From Planctomycetota bacterium (GTDB taxonomy: Bacteria; Planctomycetota; Phycisphaerae; Sedimentisphaerales; Anaerobacaceae): a stretch of DNA of 64,000 bases. A program made the position numbers and the translations under genes. The stretch lies in the NCBI GenBank assembly GCA_042569785.1, contig JBHPGW010000005.1, positions 3,347 to 67,346 on the forward strand, in the 5' to 3' direction. Positions 24,097 to 34,038 of this stretch are shown here, piece by piece (the stretch's first letter is position 1; each line of letters opens with the position of its first letter). Under the pieces are notes generated by a model. The model had not been told where the DNA came from. It saw only the letters and a list, made by a program, of their open reading frames with translations, and did not search any database.

Positions 24097-24822
24097 GTGA
24101 AGAAAATGAGGCAAAACAACAACTTCTCCCGTATAAGAAAGTCGCCAAAAAAGGTAAAATCTTCAAATGTGAAATTATTGAAAAAATACCACAATTTCGG
24201 CGAGACTATACGGTATCTAACAATAAATGAATTAAAACAACTCTTCGATTGTATTGACAATTATCACCATAAGCTGATGTTCCAGGTTGTCTATGAACTC
24301 GGCTGTAGAGTTGGCGAATTCGTAAGGATTCAGATCAAACATTTGAACTTTTCAAGAAGTACTGTTTTCTTCCCTGCTGAAAATACCAAAACCAAATATC
24401 CACGGACCAGCTATTTGCCAAAGGGTCTGATGAATGAGATCAAAAGCATTTTAAAACAAAAACAGATAATCAGTAAAAGAGAGGAAAATATTAGAAAGTC
24501 AGGAGCTTATCTGTTTCATCCTGGTCAAAGATGGAATCAGAGATATACAGAAAATCGTATCCGACAGATATTTCAGCATTACGCAAAGATAGCGAAATTA
24601 CAGACAGTATATGGAAAAGATACATGCGGGAGAAATCTGAAGATGTTTACCGTTCACTCCCTCAGGCATAGCCATGTAATGCATTATACCATTGATTACA
24701 AATTACCATTGCCGATTGTTCAAAAACAAGTTGGGCACAGAAGCCTGAAAACAACTTCGATTTATTTGAAACCATCAACTGAAAAAATTGCAGAAGCATA
24801 TGAAAAAGCAGTATTAGAATAG
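24097..24822 (+). CDS. Short tyrosine recombinase (phage integrase family, Xer-like catalytic domain)
   Basis: 241 aa with a GTG start. ELGCRVGEFVRIQIKHL (box I Arg), HSLRHSHV (HxxR) and VQKQVGHRSLKTTSIYLK (His and the catalytic Tyr). Confidence 0.8.
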   Translation: MKKMRQNNNFSRIRKSPKKVKSSNVKLLKKYHNFGETIRYLTINELKQLFDCIDNYHHKLMFQVVYELGCRVGEFVRIQIKHLNFSRSTVFFPAENTKTKYPRTSYLPKGLMNEIKSILKQKQIISKREENIRKSGAYLFHPGQRWNQRYTENRIRQIFQHYAKIAKLQTVYGKDTCGRNLKMFTVHSLRHSHVMHYTIDYKLPLPIVQKQVGHRSLKTTSIYLKPSTEKIAEAYEKAVLE

Positions 24823-24994
24823 ATGGCAAGGATGTTGCATAATATGACAGCTCTCACCCCCGATTCAAGTTGTGCATATCACGTTAAATAATAGTTTAAT
24901 CCGACATGTTGATTCAACTCAGATTTTTCTTGTAAATAAGGTGACCGGATATTATCTTGAGATTATCAAATTTTATTAATAGAGGCCGTCCATA

Positions 24995-26524
24995 ATGATA
25001 ATTAGATTAGAAGGCAATTTAAGGAAGTATGAGGAAGATTTTGTACATGTTGCTATTTTGATGGGTATTGCCCTTGCAATAGGGATATACTTAATCACCA
25101 CAACAGTCCTGATAGCGAAGGATGGAATCTTTTTTATTGAACAAGCTCGGCAGTTATCAACTAATCCATCCAGAGTCATAAGAATACATCCGCCAGGCTA
25201 TCCTTTTCTTATATTTGCAGCGCACAAATTTATTAGTTTGTTCGGGGCCAGTTCATCGTCACAAACATGGGCTTACATTGGCCAAAGTGTAAGTCTTTTG
25301 TGCAGAGTTCTTTCATTAATTCCATTATATTTTATTGGGAAGTTGCTTGTTGGAGCAAGAAATAGTTTTTGTGGGGTATTAATTTTAGTTATTTTGCCTT
25401 ATCCTGCAGAGTTTGGAAGCGATGTTCTTCGTGATTGGCCTTACATTTTGTTTTTGAGCACATCGCTTTTATTTTTGTTTTTGGGCATCCGCTCGGGAAG
25501 GTGGTGGATGTTTGGACTTGCGGGGTTGGTATCAGGGGCTGGGCTTACAATCCGGATGGAATGTGGACAGGTAGCTATCTATGCAATTTTGTGGCTGGTA
25601 ATCAGTTTATTCTTGCCAAAGAAAAATTTGAGTAGGCTTAAATCTGTATGCCTAACGCTACTTCTTTTGATCTGTTTTGCAAGTCCTTCAATATCTTATA
25701 TAAAGGCTAAGGGGAAGGTTTTGTCGCCTAAGCTCGAAAAGGTTCTTAATTATAATATGGTAAGACAAACCGTTGAGGCCGAAAGCAATAGTTTGGGTGG
25801 TACTGAATCTGCGTCGGGTATGCCCTACCGAGTATTGCAAGGTTTTGTACGTCTCGGGCAGGAATTATGCGAGAACCTGATGTATTTTTTTGTATGGCCT
25901 TTGATAATTGGTCTTTATTGTAGCTTTCGTCATGTACGAAAGGTAGTCTCTACTGAAAGGCTTTTTATAGTTTTTCTAATAGTGCTGTATTTATTAATGC
26001 TGTTGTTGCTGTATATTAATTATGGTTATATCAGTAGAAGACATTGTATGCCGATGGTCGTGTTTACGATCTTCTATATTCCGGTTGGCCTGAGGGTAAT
26101 GGCTCGCGGATTAAGCAAGAAGCTATGCAAAAATAAATTGCTCGCTTACCGTAATAGAAGACGCTTGTTTTTTGCGCTTGCTGGAATTGGGTTGGTTCTC
26201 TGCATTGGGAAATTTTCCAGGATAACTCCTTTGCGTCTGGATAAGCTTGGGTATAAAGAGACAGCGGCATGGCTGAAAGCAAATACGACAGCTACGGACA
26301 TTGTAGCGGTGCCTAAAGAGCGTATAGCTTTTTACGCGGATAGGAAGTGGGTGAAATCTGATGGGGATGTTATCAACAAAGATGTTAAGTACATAGTTCG
26401 TATAGTAGAAGTAGAAGAAGAAGGGGAAGGCTTGGAATTTGAGGCGGGGGTAGAAAAAGAGTATTCTGTATGGGTAGATAAAAGGCGTAAGAAGAAAAAG
26501 CTTGTGGTTTACAAGATGATGTGA
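24995..26524 (+). CDS. Polytopic GT-C-type glycosyltransferase (ArnT/PMT, GT39/83-like)
   Basis: 509 aa with about 11-12 hydrophobic helices. An AKDGIFFIEQAR loop follows TM1. The C-terminal ~100 aa is soluble. Confidence 0.5.
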   Translation: MIIRLEGNLRKYEEDFVHVAILMGIALAIGIYLITTTVLIAKDGIFFIEQARQLSTNPSRVIRIHPPGYPFLIFAAHKFISLFGASSSSQTWAYIGQSVSLLCRVLSLIPLYFIGKLLVGARNSFCGVLILVILPYPAEFGSDVLRDWPYILFLSTSLLFLFLGIRSGRWWMFGLAGLVSGAGLTIRMECGQVAIYAILWLVISLFLPKKNLSRLKSVCLTLLLLICFASPSISYIKAKGKVLSPKLEKVLNYNMVRQTVEAESNSLGGTESASGMPYRVLQGFVRLGQELCENLMYFFVWPLIIGLYCSFRHVRKVVSTERLFIVFLIVLYLLMLLLLYINYGYISRRHCMPMVVFTIFYIPVGLRVMARGLSKKLCKNKLLAYRNRRRLFFALAGIGLVLCIGKFSRITPLRLDKLGYKETAAWLKANTTATDIVAVPKERIAFYADRKWVKSDGDVINKDVKYIVRIVEVEEEGEGLEFEAGVEKEYSVWVDKRRKKKKLVVYKMM

Positions 26525-26543
26525 TCAAAAAAACCGGGCAAAG

Positions 26544-27821
26544 TTAAGTTCCCTTTTTAAACAAAACAACCGGAACAGTTTTTAAAAGTATATATAAGTT
26601 CAACTGCAAAGATCTTCTCTGTATATACAGGTAATCGTATCGTATTTTATGCCTTGGATGTAAATCGTAATAACTTTGTACTTGTGCAAGACCTGTGAGC
26701 CCGGGTTTGATGGCGAGCCTTAGGCCTTGTAAAGCTTTATGGGCATCAACACGAGGAAGATTTTCCGGTCTGGGGCCCACTAAACTCATTTCACCTTTCA
26801 AGATATTTATTAGCTGAGGAAACTCATCAAATCTTAAACTTCTTAATAATTTTCCGACTTTTGTAACACGAGGATCGTCTTCAATAGCTGGCATCATTCC
26901 TGATGTTTTTTCCGCATCTTCTACCATTGTTCTGAACTTGTACAGCGTGAATACTTTTCCATCTTTGCCAACCCTTTTCTGCTTATAGAAAACTGGGCCT
27001 GGAGATGATAGTCTTACAAGTATCGCTATCAGAAACAGCAAAGGAGAAATAACAATAAGCATAACAAGGCATACAACTGTATCCATAATTTTGATTAGAG
27101 ACTCCTCTGTTTCTGTTTTTTTTCCGAGACAAGTAGCAAGAAAATGAACTGTACTATTTTTGTCATTTAGACTTTTAGAAAGAATCTCTCCGTAAATGTC
27201 CGGCACAAAAAAAATCTCCGTTCGCAGCTTTTGCAGGAGGTATATCAGCAAATTAAAATTCTTATCATCATGAATTCGCTTACATATTATTATCTCGTCA
27301 ATGTCCTTAAGCCTAATTAAGTCTTCAACATTTTCCACTTGGATTTTTTCTACGTATTTACTGTGATTCAAAAAAACATCGTGGCTTTCTTTTCCAATGA
27401 AGACAACTTTTCTCTTAACTATGCCTGCAAATCGTAAAGTCAGAGCGGTAACTGAAAAAATCATCAATAAAGCTATAGGAAAAGCTATGGCAAAAATGCT
27501 GGTAGGGAAATCTGACCATTTGATTCTGAAAACATAAACAAGAGCAATCGCTAAAAGCGTCCCCACAAGTAAGCCATTGAATATTTTTTGAAATACTTCC
27601 CAATATGAACAAAATCTTTTCTTGAATACCTGCATGAAGACAAGAGATGACATATAGATAAAAGTAATGAATGGGAAATTATCTTTATACGGCTGGAAAT
27701 TCAGTTCTGGTATATCGAAGCCATATCTAATTGCAAAAGACAGGAGAAATGCCAGGTTTATCAAGAAGGCGTCGGCAACTAGAAGGAAAATTTTGAAAAT
27801 TATTCTTTTACAAACTGTCAT
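26544..27821 (-). CDS. Polyprenyl-phosphate sugar phosphotransferase (WbaP/CapM-type 'bacterial sugar transferase')
   Basis: SPGPVFYKQKRVGKDGKVFTLYKFRTM...DPRVTKVGKLLRSLRFDEFPQLINILKGEMSLVGPRP is the family signature. N-terminal TM helices. Confidence 0.85.
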   Translation of the reverse strand: MTVCKRIIFKIFLLVADAFLINLAFLLSFAIRYGFDIPELNFQPYKDNFPFITFIYMSSLVFMQVFKKRFCSYWEVFQKIFNGLLVGTLLAIALVYVFRIKWSDFPTSIFAIAFPIALLMIFSVTALTLRFAGIVKRKVVFIGKESHDVFLNHSKYVEKIQVENVEDLIRLKDIDEIIICKRIHDDKNFNLLIYLLQKLRTEIFFVPDIYGEILSKSLNDKNSTVHFLATCLGKKTETEESLIKIMDTVVCLVMLIVISPLLFLIAILVRLSSPGPVFYKQKRVGKDGKVFTLYKFRTMVEDAEKTSGMMPAIEDDPRVTKVGKLLRSLRFDEFPQLINILKGEMSLVGPRPENLPRVDAHKALQGLRLAIKPGLTGLAQVQSYYDLHPRHKIRYDYLYIQRRSLQLNLYILLKTVPVVLFKKGT

Positions 27822-27968
27822 CTTCTTTAATTACCTGACAAAGTTAGTATAACCCAAGAAACAAATATCGTATTTGAAACAATTAGTTTATAACATGAGA
27901 GTAAACAATGCAAGCCGAATATACGTCCTCATTTGGCTGAGCTTTTCCGGGCGATTGTAATTAAATAG

Positions 27969-29186
27969 CTATCGGTTGTTTTTAAGTTTATCTGCATACA
28001 GTTCCTCGTGGGAGAGTATTTGCGCTGCGGCACGGGTGACATTGAAAGTTTTTTCCAGTAATCCTCTTGCATTGTTGCCCATTTCCAGTCGTATATTTGA
28101 CCTTTTCGCTAGCAACTCGGCATGAGCAAAAAAACGATCGTGCTCGCCATTTAAAGATACAAGGCCTGATTTTGATTCTTCAATTAATTGTTTTAAATCG
28201 TTTCCATAATTAATGCTGGCTAGAATTGGCATAGAAAAGTACATATAAGCAAGCATTTTGCCTGGAAAGTTATGGCTCTTTAGTTTTTTATTCAAAGAGA
28301 TTAAGCCCACGTCAAATTGTGAGAGCATGCCAAGATACTTTTCCTGTGGTACAGCGGAATGAATTGAAATGTTAGTCATTTTCTCCTTGCTAATTTTGGC
28401 TTTTAGTCGTGATACTTCAGACCCTTGGCCCACAAGAAGGAAGTATACTTCCGGCAGATCGCGCATGTTTTGAGCCAGACGGAGGATGTTGTCCATGTCT
28501 TGTGCAACACCAATATTACCGCCATAAAAAAATACGATTTTATTCTCAAGACCCAGTTTTTTACGATCATTACTAACTGGAACATTTTTTTCCTTAAGTG
28601 TCACCCAGTTATATAATACTTCAATCTGTTTTTTTTTGTCCAGGCCAAGGCTCGAGAAATAGTCTAAATAGCCATAAGATTCTACTGCAATTATGTCAAC
28701 AGCATTATAGTGTTGCAACTCCTTGCGTCTGAAGAACCAGTACACGGGTCCTTTTTTGATTATGCCTGCGTCAAGTGCCCATTTGGGGAAGATGTCACGC
28801 TGGATCAAGTAACACTTGCATTTCCATAGTTTTTTTAGTTTTTTGACAAGCGAAGCGAAGAATATGGTTGGTGCATATAGGACAATGAGGTCGCATTGAT
28901 TTGATTTAAAGAAGTTTTTTCCGGCTCTGAAAACAGTTGATGACAGCCGCATTTCATTAAATGCTCTGACTATTTTTCCGGCACCTTTTATTTTTCCGGT
29001 ACGAACCCTAAAGATGGTCACTCCATCCTCGACGGTAATTTGTGTTGGAGTTGTTATAGAGTTATCAGGGGCAGCAACTATCACTTCGTGTTCCTGGCAA
29101 ACAAATTCAACCGCTAAATCGTGAACAAGCTTTGCGCCGGATTTTGTGCTTGGCAAATAACAGTCGACAAGTATTAATATTCGCAT
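27969..29186 (-). CDS. GT4 glycosyltransferase, WbuB/CapL-like (likely L-FucNAc transferase)
   Basis: 405 aa. MRILILVDCYLPSTKSGAKLVHDLA is a GT4 N-terminus. It lies directly downstream of fnlA-fnlB-fnlC, as wbuB does in O-antigen loci. Confidence 0.6.
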   Translation of the reverse strand: MRILILVDCYLPSTKSGAKLVHDLAVEFVCQEHEVIVAAPDNSITTPTQITVEDGVTIFRVRTGKIKGAGKIVRAFNEMRLSSTVFRAGKNFFKSNQCDLIVLYAPTIFFASLVKKLKKLWKCKCYLIQRDIFPKWALDAGIIKKGPVYWFFRRKELQHYNAVDIIAVESYGYLDYFSSLGLDKKKQIEVLYNWVTLKEKNVPVSNDRKKLGLENKIVFFYGGNIGVAQDMDNILRLAQNMRDLPEVYFLLVGQGSEVSRLKAKISKEKMTNISIHSAVPQEKYLGMLSQFDVGLISLNKKLKSHNFPGKMLAYMYFSMPILASINYGNDLKQLIEESKSGLVSLNGEHDRFFAHAELLAKRSNIRLEMGNNARGLLEKTFNVTRAAAQILSHEELYADKLKNNR

Positions 29187-29218
29187 AGGAAATGATCAAG
29201 AATAATACAGCAGTTTCG

Positions 29219-30346
29219 TTAACTTTTGTACCAGACGGTTCTGTTGACATAGTCAACATAGCTGGCGATAACCCGAACAACCTTTTCGGAAACATTTTCG
29301 CATTGATAGTCATTAACGATGTGGTGACATTTTTGTTCTTCGTAAAACTGGGTTGTTACTATTTCAATGGATTCTAAAACCCGCTCACTTTTGAGTCCAC
29401 ACATAATGAGTACGCCGCTATCCATGCCTTCGGGGCGTTCATGAGCCTGTCTGATGGTAACAGCTGGGAAATTTAAAATAGCAGATTCCTCGGTAAGAGT
29501 TCCGCTGTCGCTAATAACACAAAAAGCCTTAGTCTGAAGATAAACGTAATCAAGGAAGCCCAGCGGTTTTAGGAAATTTATTCGTTTGTCCAGTTTTAGA
29601 GAATCATTTAAAGATTCCAAACGCTTTCGTGTTCTCGGGTGGGCTGAAACAATTACGGGCATCTCATAATGAAGGGCAATTTTGTTGAGGGAATCTAAGA
29701 GGTCGTGGAAATTAGTATCCGCCTCCACATTTTCTTCGCGATGCGCACTTACAAGCAGATACTTTCTTTCTTCTAATTTCAACTGCTCAAGTGCCCTGGA
29801 GTTCTCAATATCTTTTTTGTAATGGCTAAGCACTTCGGGCATGGGTGAGCCGGTGACAATTATTGTGTCAGAACTGATGCCTTCGGCGATCAAGTGCCTT
29901 CGGGCATGTTCGGTGTATGGCATGTTGATGTCGCTGGTGTGGTCCACGATCTTGCGGTTAGTCTCTTCGGGTACTCGCTGATCGAAGCATCGGTTACCCG
30001 CTTCCATGTGAAAGATCGGTATTTTTCTTCTCTTGGCTGGAATGACGGCAAGACAACTATTTGTATCGCCCAGGACAAGCATGGCATCGGGTTTTTCTTT
30101 AGCTAAGACGACATCGCAGGCGCTTATCACGTTGCCGATGGTTTCAGCAGCGGTTTTGCCGGCAGAGTCTAAAAAGTAATCTGGTTTGCGAATATCAAGC
30201 TGCTCAAAAAATATCTCATTCAGTTCGTAATCATAATTTTGGCCGGTATGAACTATCTTATGCTCAAAATGTTTGTCCAATGCGGCCATCACACGCGAGA
30301 GCCGAATGATCTCCGGCCTTGTTCCTATGACAGTTAAAATCTTCAT
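29219..30346 (-). CDS. fnlC: UDP-N-acetylglucosamine 2-epimerase (non-hydrolysing), FnlC/CapG/WbjD type
   Basis: Preferred start is the ATG at 30346 (MKILTVIGTRPEIIRLSRV). Motifs HTGQNYDYELNEIFF, LGDTNS and HMEAGNRCFD. Confidence 0.85.
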   Translation of the reverse strand: MKILTVIGTRPEIIRLSRVMAALDKHFEHKIVHTGQNYDYELNEIFFEQLDIRKPDYFLDSAGKTAAETIGNVISACDVVLAKEKPDAMLVLGDTNSCLAVIPAKRRKIPIFHMEAGNRCFDQRVPEETNRKIVDHTSDINMPYTEHARRHLIAEGISSDTIIVTGSPMPEVLSHYKKDIENSRALEQLKLEERKYLLVSAHREENVEADTNFHDLLDSLNKIALHYEMPVIVSAHPRTRKRLESLNDSLKLDKRINFLKPLGFLDYVYLQTKAFCVISDSGTLTEESAILNFPAVTIRQAHERPEGMDSGVLIMCGLKSERVLESIEIVTTQFYEEQKCHHIVNDYQCENVSEKVVRVIASYVDYVNRTVWYKS

Positions 30347-30371
30347 TTTTAGATAAATGTCCCTTCTTCTA

Positions 30372-31490
30372 TTATACTTGTTCATAAAACGTATCTGGAT
30401 CATTAGGGTCGAACAGTTCATTTGTCCAGAACAGGGTCAGCAAGTCACTATTTCCCACATTTTCTATGTTATGAGTATATAAGACAGGCATCTCAATGCT
30501 CACAGGTTTTTTGTCGGAGACGTTATATTCTATTATCTGATCAGTTCCTATCCTTCGCAGACGTATCACTGCCTGTCCCTGGACAACACAGAATTTTTCC
30601 ATTTTCCTGGTATGGTAGTGATTGCCTCTGACAACTCCCGGTTTGGTCACAGAAAAGAATATCTGTCCGGAGTCCTCCTGTTTAACGACCTCAAAAAGAC
30701 TGCCACGCTGATCCAGATGCAGTACTGGCTCGTGTTGGTAATCGTCATCTTCCATATAACTCAAGTATGTATTGTAAAGATTTCGCTCAAAGTCATTTTT
30801 CAATGAAGGGACTATTCTCTTTTTATAATAACAGTCCTTAAAATTCTCCAGCAAGGCCAATAATTGCGAAACCTTTATTTGGGCGGTTGGTTCAATAGTC
30901 AGCGTTTCTATCTGAGTTGGGGGATTGTTTATTCGCTCGTAAATGATCTGTGTCAATTCATTAATATAAATCAGATTCACCTGGTTATCGACAAGAATAT
31001 TGGGCTCTTGATCGTGTGTTAGTTGATGGCAGAAAGTGGCAACAACGGAATTATAACAAGGCCTGGCCCGGTCACCGAAAACATTCGGTGCGATCATGAT
31101 GCTAAGCGGTGCTTTAGTTTTATCTGCCCACTCGCTTAAAATTTGTTCGCCCCGCATTTTAGCTTTTCCGTATGGATTGTCCTGATCTCGCTGGGTAGAT
31201 GAAGAAAATATCACATGCGGTTTAACTGTGGCTGTCTCCATGCCATTAACAAGCTTGTTGGTGAGTTCGATATTCTTATCCAATACCATATCGGGCTCAT
31301 CGCGAATCACAGCGGCAAGATGAACAACAACATCACATCGCGATAAAAATTCTTTTAGCCTCTCTGGATCGTCGAAATAGTTTTTCTCGAATGCAACGAC
31401 TGAAATATTTTCTTCTCTACTTAAGCGGTCACGAAGATGTGCCCCGATAAAGCCAGCCATACCAGTGATACCAACATTTATTACGCCCAT
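30372..31490 (-). CDS. fnlB: FnlB/CapF/WbjC-type reductase-epimerase (SDR plus C-terminal cupin)
   Basis: 372 aa, aligning by eye with S. aureus CapF. Matches: QRDQDNPYGKAKMRGEQ; PCYNSVVATFCHQL; ERNLYNTYLSYM; DQRGSLFE...KPGVVRGNHYH; YTHNIENVG; MFDPNDPDTF. Confidence 0.85.
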   Translation of the reverse strand: MGVINVGITGMAGFIGAHLRDRLSREENISVVAFEKNYFDDPERLKEFLSRCDVVVHLAAVIRDEPDMVLDKNIELTNKLVNGMETATVKPHVIFSSSTQRDQDNPYGKAKMRGEQILSEWADKTKAPLSIMIAPNVFGDRARPCYNSVVATFCHQLTHDQEPNILVDNQVNLIYINELTQIIYERINNPPTQIETLTIEPTAQIKVSQLLALLENFKDCYYKKRIVPSLKNDFERNLYNTYLSYMEDDDYQHEPVLHLDQRGSLFEVVKQEDSGQIFFSVTKPGVVRGNHYHTRKMEKFCVVQGQAVIRLRRIGTDQIIEYNVSDKKPVSIEMPVLYTHNIENVGNSDLLTLFWTNELFDPNDPDTFYEQV

Positions 31491-31542
31491 AAACTTTTCC
31501 TTTATAGTTTCCGCCGAAACACTTTACGTGAATCCGTAAAGA

Positions 31543-32568
31543 TCAGCTATTGAGTTCGGCTCTTACCTCCGGCAGAGTCAACAGCAGTTCTTCTATTCCT
31601 TTTACATTAAGCCTTTCGGTATTGTGTGAAGTATAATCTTTAATTGACTCTTCTTCCAGATTTCCCTCAGTGAAATATTTATCATAATTCGAATGTCCCA
31701 GATCCATTTCTTCGGGCTTGATGCGATAATAATCGCCCATATCCTCTGATCTGAGCAATTCCTCACGAGTTGCAAGGGTTTCGTATATTTTTTCTCCGTG
31801 CCTCATTCCAATGATCTGCTCGGGAACGTTTGAATTAAATATGTTTTTAACCGCCTTTGCCAGATCCGCAATGGTCGAGGCAGGGGCTTTTTTAATAAAT
31901 AAATCGCCTGTCGAAGCATTTTGAAAAGCAAAAAGAACCAGATCGACGGCATCTTTTAGAGGAAGTAAAAAACGGGTCATTCCGGGAACAGTAATTGTAA
32001 GAGGTTTGTTCTGCTTAATTTGTTTGATAAACAGAGGGATCACCGAACCTCTCGAACACATCACATTTCCATAACGAACACATGAAATGGTCGTAGGAGA
32101 ATCTGGCTTCATCCGTGTAGACGAGAGGGCGACCTTTTCCATCAGTGCTTTGGTCATGCCCATAGCATTAACCGGATAAGCAGCTTTGTCAGTACTGAGG
32201 CAAATCACGGCCTGAACGCGATGTTGTATTGCAGATGTAATAACATTATGACTGCCTAAAATATTTGTCTTCACTGCCTGTATAGGGAAGAACTCACACG
32301 ATGGAACCTGTTTCAAGGCAGCAGCATGAAAAACCAGGTCAACCCCACCCATTGCCTCATCGACTGCATCTTTATCTCTTACATCTCCAATATAAAACTT
32401 CAGCTTGGTGTTGGCATATTTGATGCGCATCATCTCCTGCTTAAGTTCATCTCTGCTGAAAATACGTATCTCCCTGCAATCGCCTTTCAAAAGTCTGTCT
32501 ACTACCACGGTTCCGAAAGATCCTGTTCCTCCGGGAATTAAAATGGTTTTATTCGTTAAACTTTCCAC
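31543..32568 (-). CDS. fnlA: UDP-GlcNAc 4,6-dehydratase/5-epimerase, FnlA/CapE/WbjB type
   Basis: 341 aa, near-colinear with S. aureus CapE. Matches: GGTGSFG; EIRIFSRDE; KLKFYIGDVRD; FHAAALKQVPSCEFFP; AVKTNI; VICLSTDKAAYPVNAMGMTKALMEKV; RYGNVMCSRGSVIPLFI; PLTITVPGMTRF; IGMRHGEK; DMGDYYRI. Confidence 0.9.
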   Translation of the reverse strand: MESLTNKTILIPGGTGSFGTVVVDRLLKGDCREIRIFSRDELKQEMMRIKYANTKLKFYIGDVRDKDAVDEAMGGVDLVFHAAALKQVPSCEFFPIQAVKTNILGSHNVITSAIQHRVQAVICLSTDKAAYPVNAMGMTKALMEKVALSSTRMKPDSPTTISCVRYGNVMCSRGSVIPLFIKQIKQNKPLTITVPGMTRFLLPLKDAVDLVLFAFQNASTGDLFIKKAPASTIADLAKAVKNIFNSNVPEQIIGMRHGEKIYETLATREELLRSEDMGDYYRIKPEEMDLGHSNYDKYFTEGNLEEESIKDYTSHNTERLNVKGIEELLLTLPEVRAELNS

Positions 32569-32627
32569 AGCAACATCTCCTTTTTATTGTTAGGTATATT
32601 TTCATTATCCTAAAGTATTCGAACCAT

Positions 32628-34010
32628 TTATCGGAGTTTTTTTGGCACCATAGAACGAAATACAGAAAGAGCGGGGTATTTATAATATAGCCTCTTGAGC
32701 AGAAATTGAAATTTTGGTAGGATACCTGGCTTTTTCATGGCAATTCCGATCATTAAACGTTTAGTAAGTGATCTAAGTTCCGCAAGTGAATGTTCCTGAA
32801 GATTGAAAGGTATGTTATCATGGTCGAGCCAATATTTTTCATCGATAAAATCATTTTTGACAGCACTTTCGTATACATCGGTGCCCGGCAACAACCACAG
32901 AATAGAGGCACCAACCGAAGAATGCGGCTTAATGCGGCCAATAAGGTCTATTGTTTCATCGATCGTTGAAATGTCTTCGCCAGGAGAACCTACCATCAGA
33001 TATGCCCTTGGTAAAATTCCAGACTCGTGAACCATTGCAAAGGTCTTTTCGATATCGGCTCGTGTTTGACATTTATTAATATTCTTAAGTATCTTGTCAC
33101 TTCCACTTTCCACTCCAAAATCGATCGCAACACATCCGCTGGCTTTCATTGCTTTCAACAATTGAGGGTTCATCATTTTAACGTGACTGCAACAGGCCCA
33201 TTTTATGTTCCAGTGGTTTTTGATAATTCCTTCACAGATGGAAACTGCTCGTTCTTTATTGACAGGAAAGTTGTCGTCGAAAAAGTATACAGATTTAATT
33301 TTGTGTTTTTCAATCAGCCATGCAATTTCGTCAAGGACACTTTGTGCGGACCGAAATCGCCAGTTTCGCCCCCAAAACCGAGTTGAAGAACAATAGGTGC
33401 AATCGTAAACACAACCTCTGGATGAAATAACAGCAGCTGTCGGTGACGGTAGTGCAGGAAAGCCGGCATAATTCGCAAAATTGAAATTTTCAAAACCCTC
33501 GTAATATGGCAAGGGTATTGAATTGATATCCTCAACGAGTTGGCGTTGTGGTGTATAGAATGGTTTTCCGTCCTCGGCTCGCAGGACAAGGCCTTTAACA
33601 TTTTTTAGATCGCTGCCAGTCTCCAGAGCTGTAATTAATTCATGGAACGTCTTTTCTCCTTCGCCAATAACTACCGCTGACGCATGAGTTTTCTTGAAGA
33701 TATGTTCCGGAAAAATGGTGGCGTGCGGCCCGCCTAAGACCAGAAAGGCATCAGGTGCTGCTTGTTTTATACTATCGCACAGTTTCCATACCATGCCTCG
33801 GTCGATCGTCCAGCAGGTCAGTCCGATCAGATCAGGGGCAGATTGACTGATACTTTTGGTGATTTGAGAGAGGGATCTCAAGCCGCCATCAATTAAAGAT
33901 ATATTGTGGCCAGCCTTGTGCGCTATGGCGCCGAGGTATGCAATTCCCGGCGGAGGAAAATTCGGTTTTTGCTTGTGTGTTACTGGATTACTGATTAGTA
34001 CTATTTTCAA
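32628..34010 (-). CDS. B12-binding-domain radical SAM enzyme
   Basis: The N-terminal cobalamin-binding-like domain has LIGLTCWT and LVLGGPHAT. The radical SAM core has SSRGCVYDCTYCS (CX3CX2C). Confidence 0.75.
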   Translation of the reverse strand: MKIVLISNPVTHKQKPNFPPPGIAYLGAIAHKAGHNISLIDGGLRSLSQITKSISQSAPDLIGLTCWTIDRGMVWKLCDSIKQAAPDAFLVLGGPHATIFPEHIFKKTHASAVVIGEGEKTFHELITALETGSDLKNVKGLVLRAEDGKPFYTPQRQLVEDINSIPLPYYEGFENFNFANYAGFPALPSPTAAVISSRGCVYDCTYCSSTRFWGRNWRFRSAQSVLDEIAWLIEKHKIKSVYFFDDNFPVNKERAVSICEGIIKNHWNIKWACCSHVKMMNPQLLKAMKASGCVAIDFGVESGSDKILKNINKCQTRADIEKTFAMVHESGILPRAYLMVGSPGEDISTIDETIDLIGRIKPHSSVGASILWLLPGTDVYESAVKNDFIDEKYWLDHDNIPFNLQEHSLAELRSLTKRLMIGIAMKKPGILPKFQFLLKRLYYKYPALSVFRSMVPKKLR

Positions 34011-34038
34011 ATGCTCACCTTATTACTGTGATTATTTT

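Larger units (their letters stand above)
1..24822. mobile_element. Putative integrated mobile/accessory island; left end lies outside the window
   Basis: Excisionase-like HTH plus integrase N-terminus at 1-944. Second tyrosine recombinase at 24097-24822. Between them lie an Orc1/Cdc6-type initiator with iteron-like repeats, DUF2958 (typical of plasmid/ICE leading regions), two FtsK/HerA-wHTH ATPases and several conflict-type modules. Gene content switches abruptly to glycan biosynthesis from 24995. No att repeats could be identified by eye. Confidence 0.5.

Noticed and set aside
28629-28637. A9/T9 homopolymer tracts inside coding genes as possible phase-variation switches. Examples: GT4 gene near 28629, the 68-aa gene near 19837-19845, asnB near 40797-40805, and the CBS-nucleotidyltransferase near 50717-50725.
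   Set aside because: They encode Lys runs in an AT-rich sequence. Tracts of 8-9 nt are common here and occur in genes with no reason to phase-vary. Without population data there is no support.
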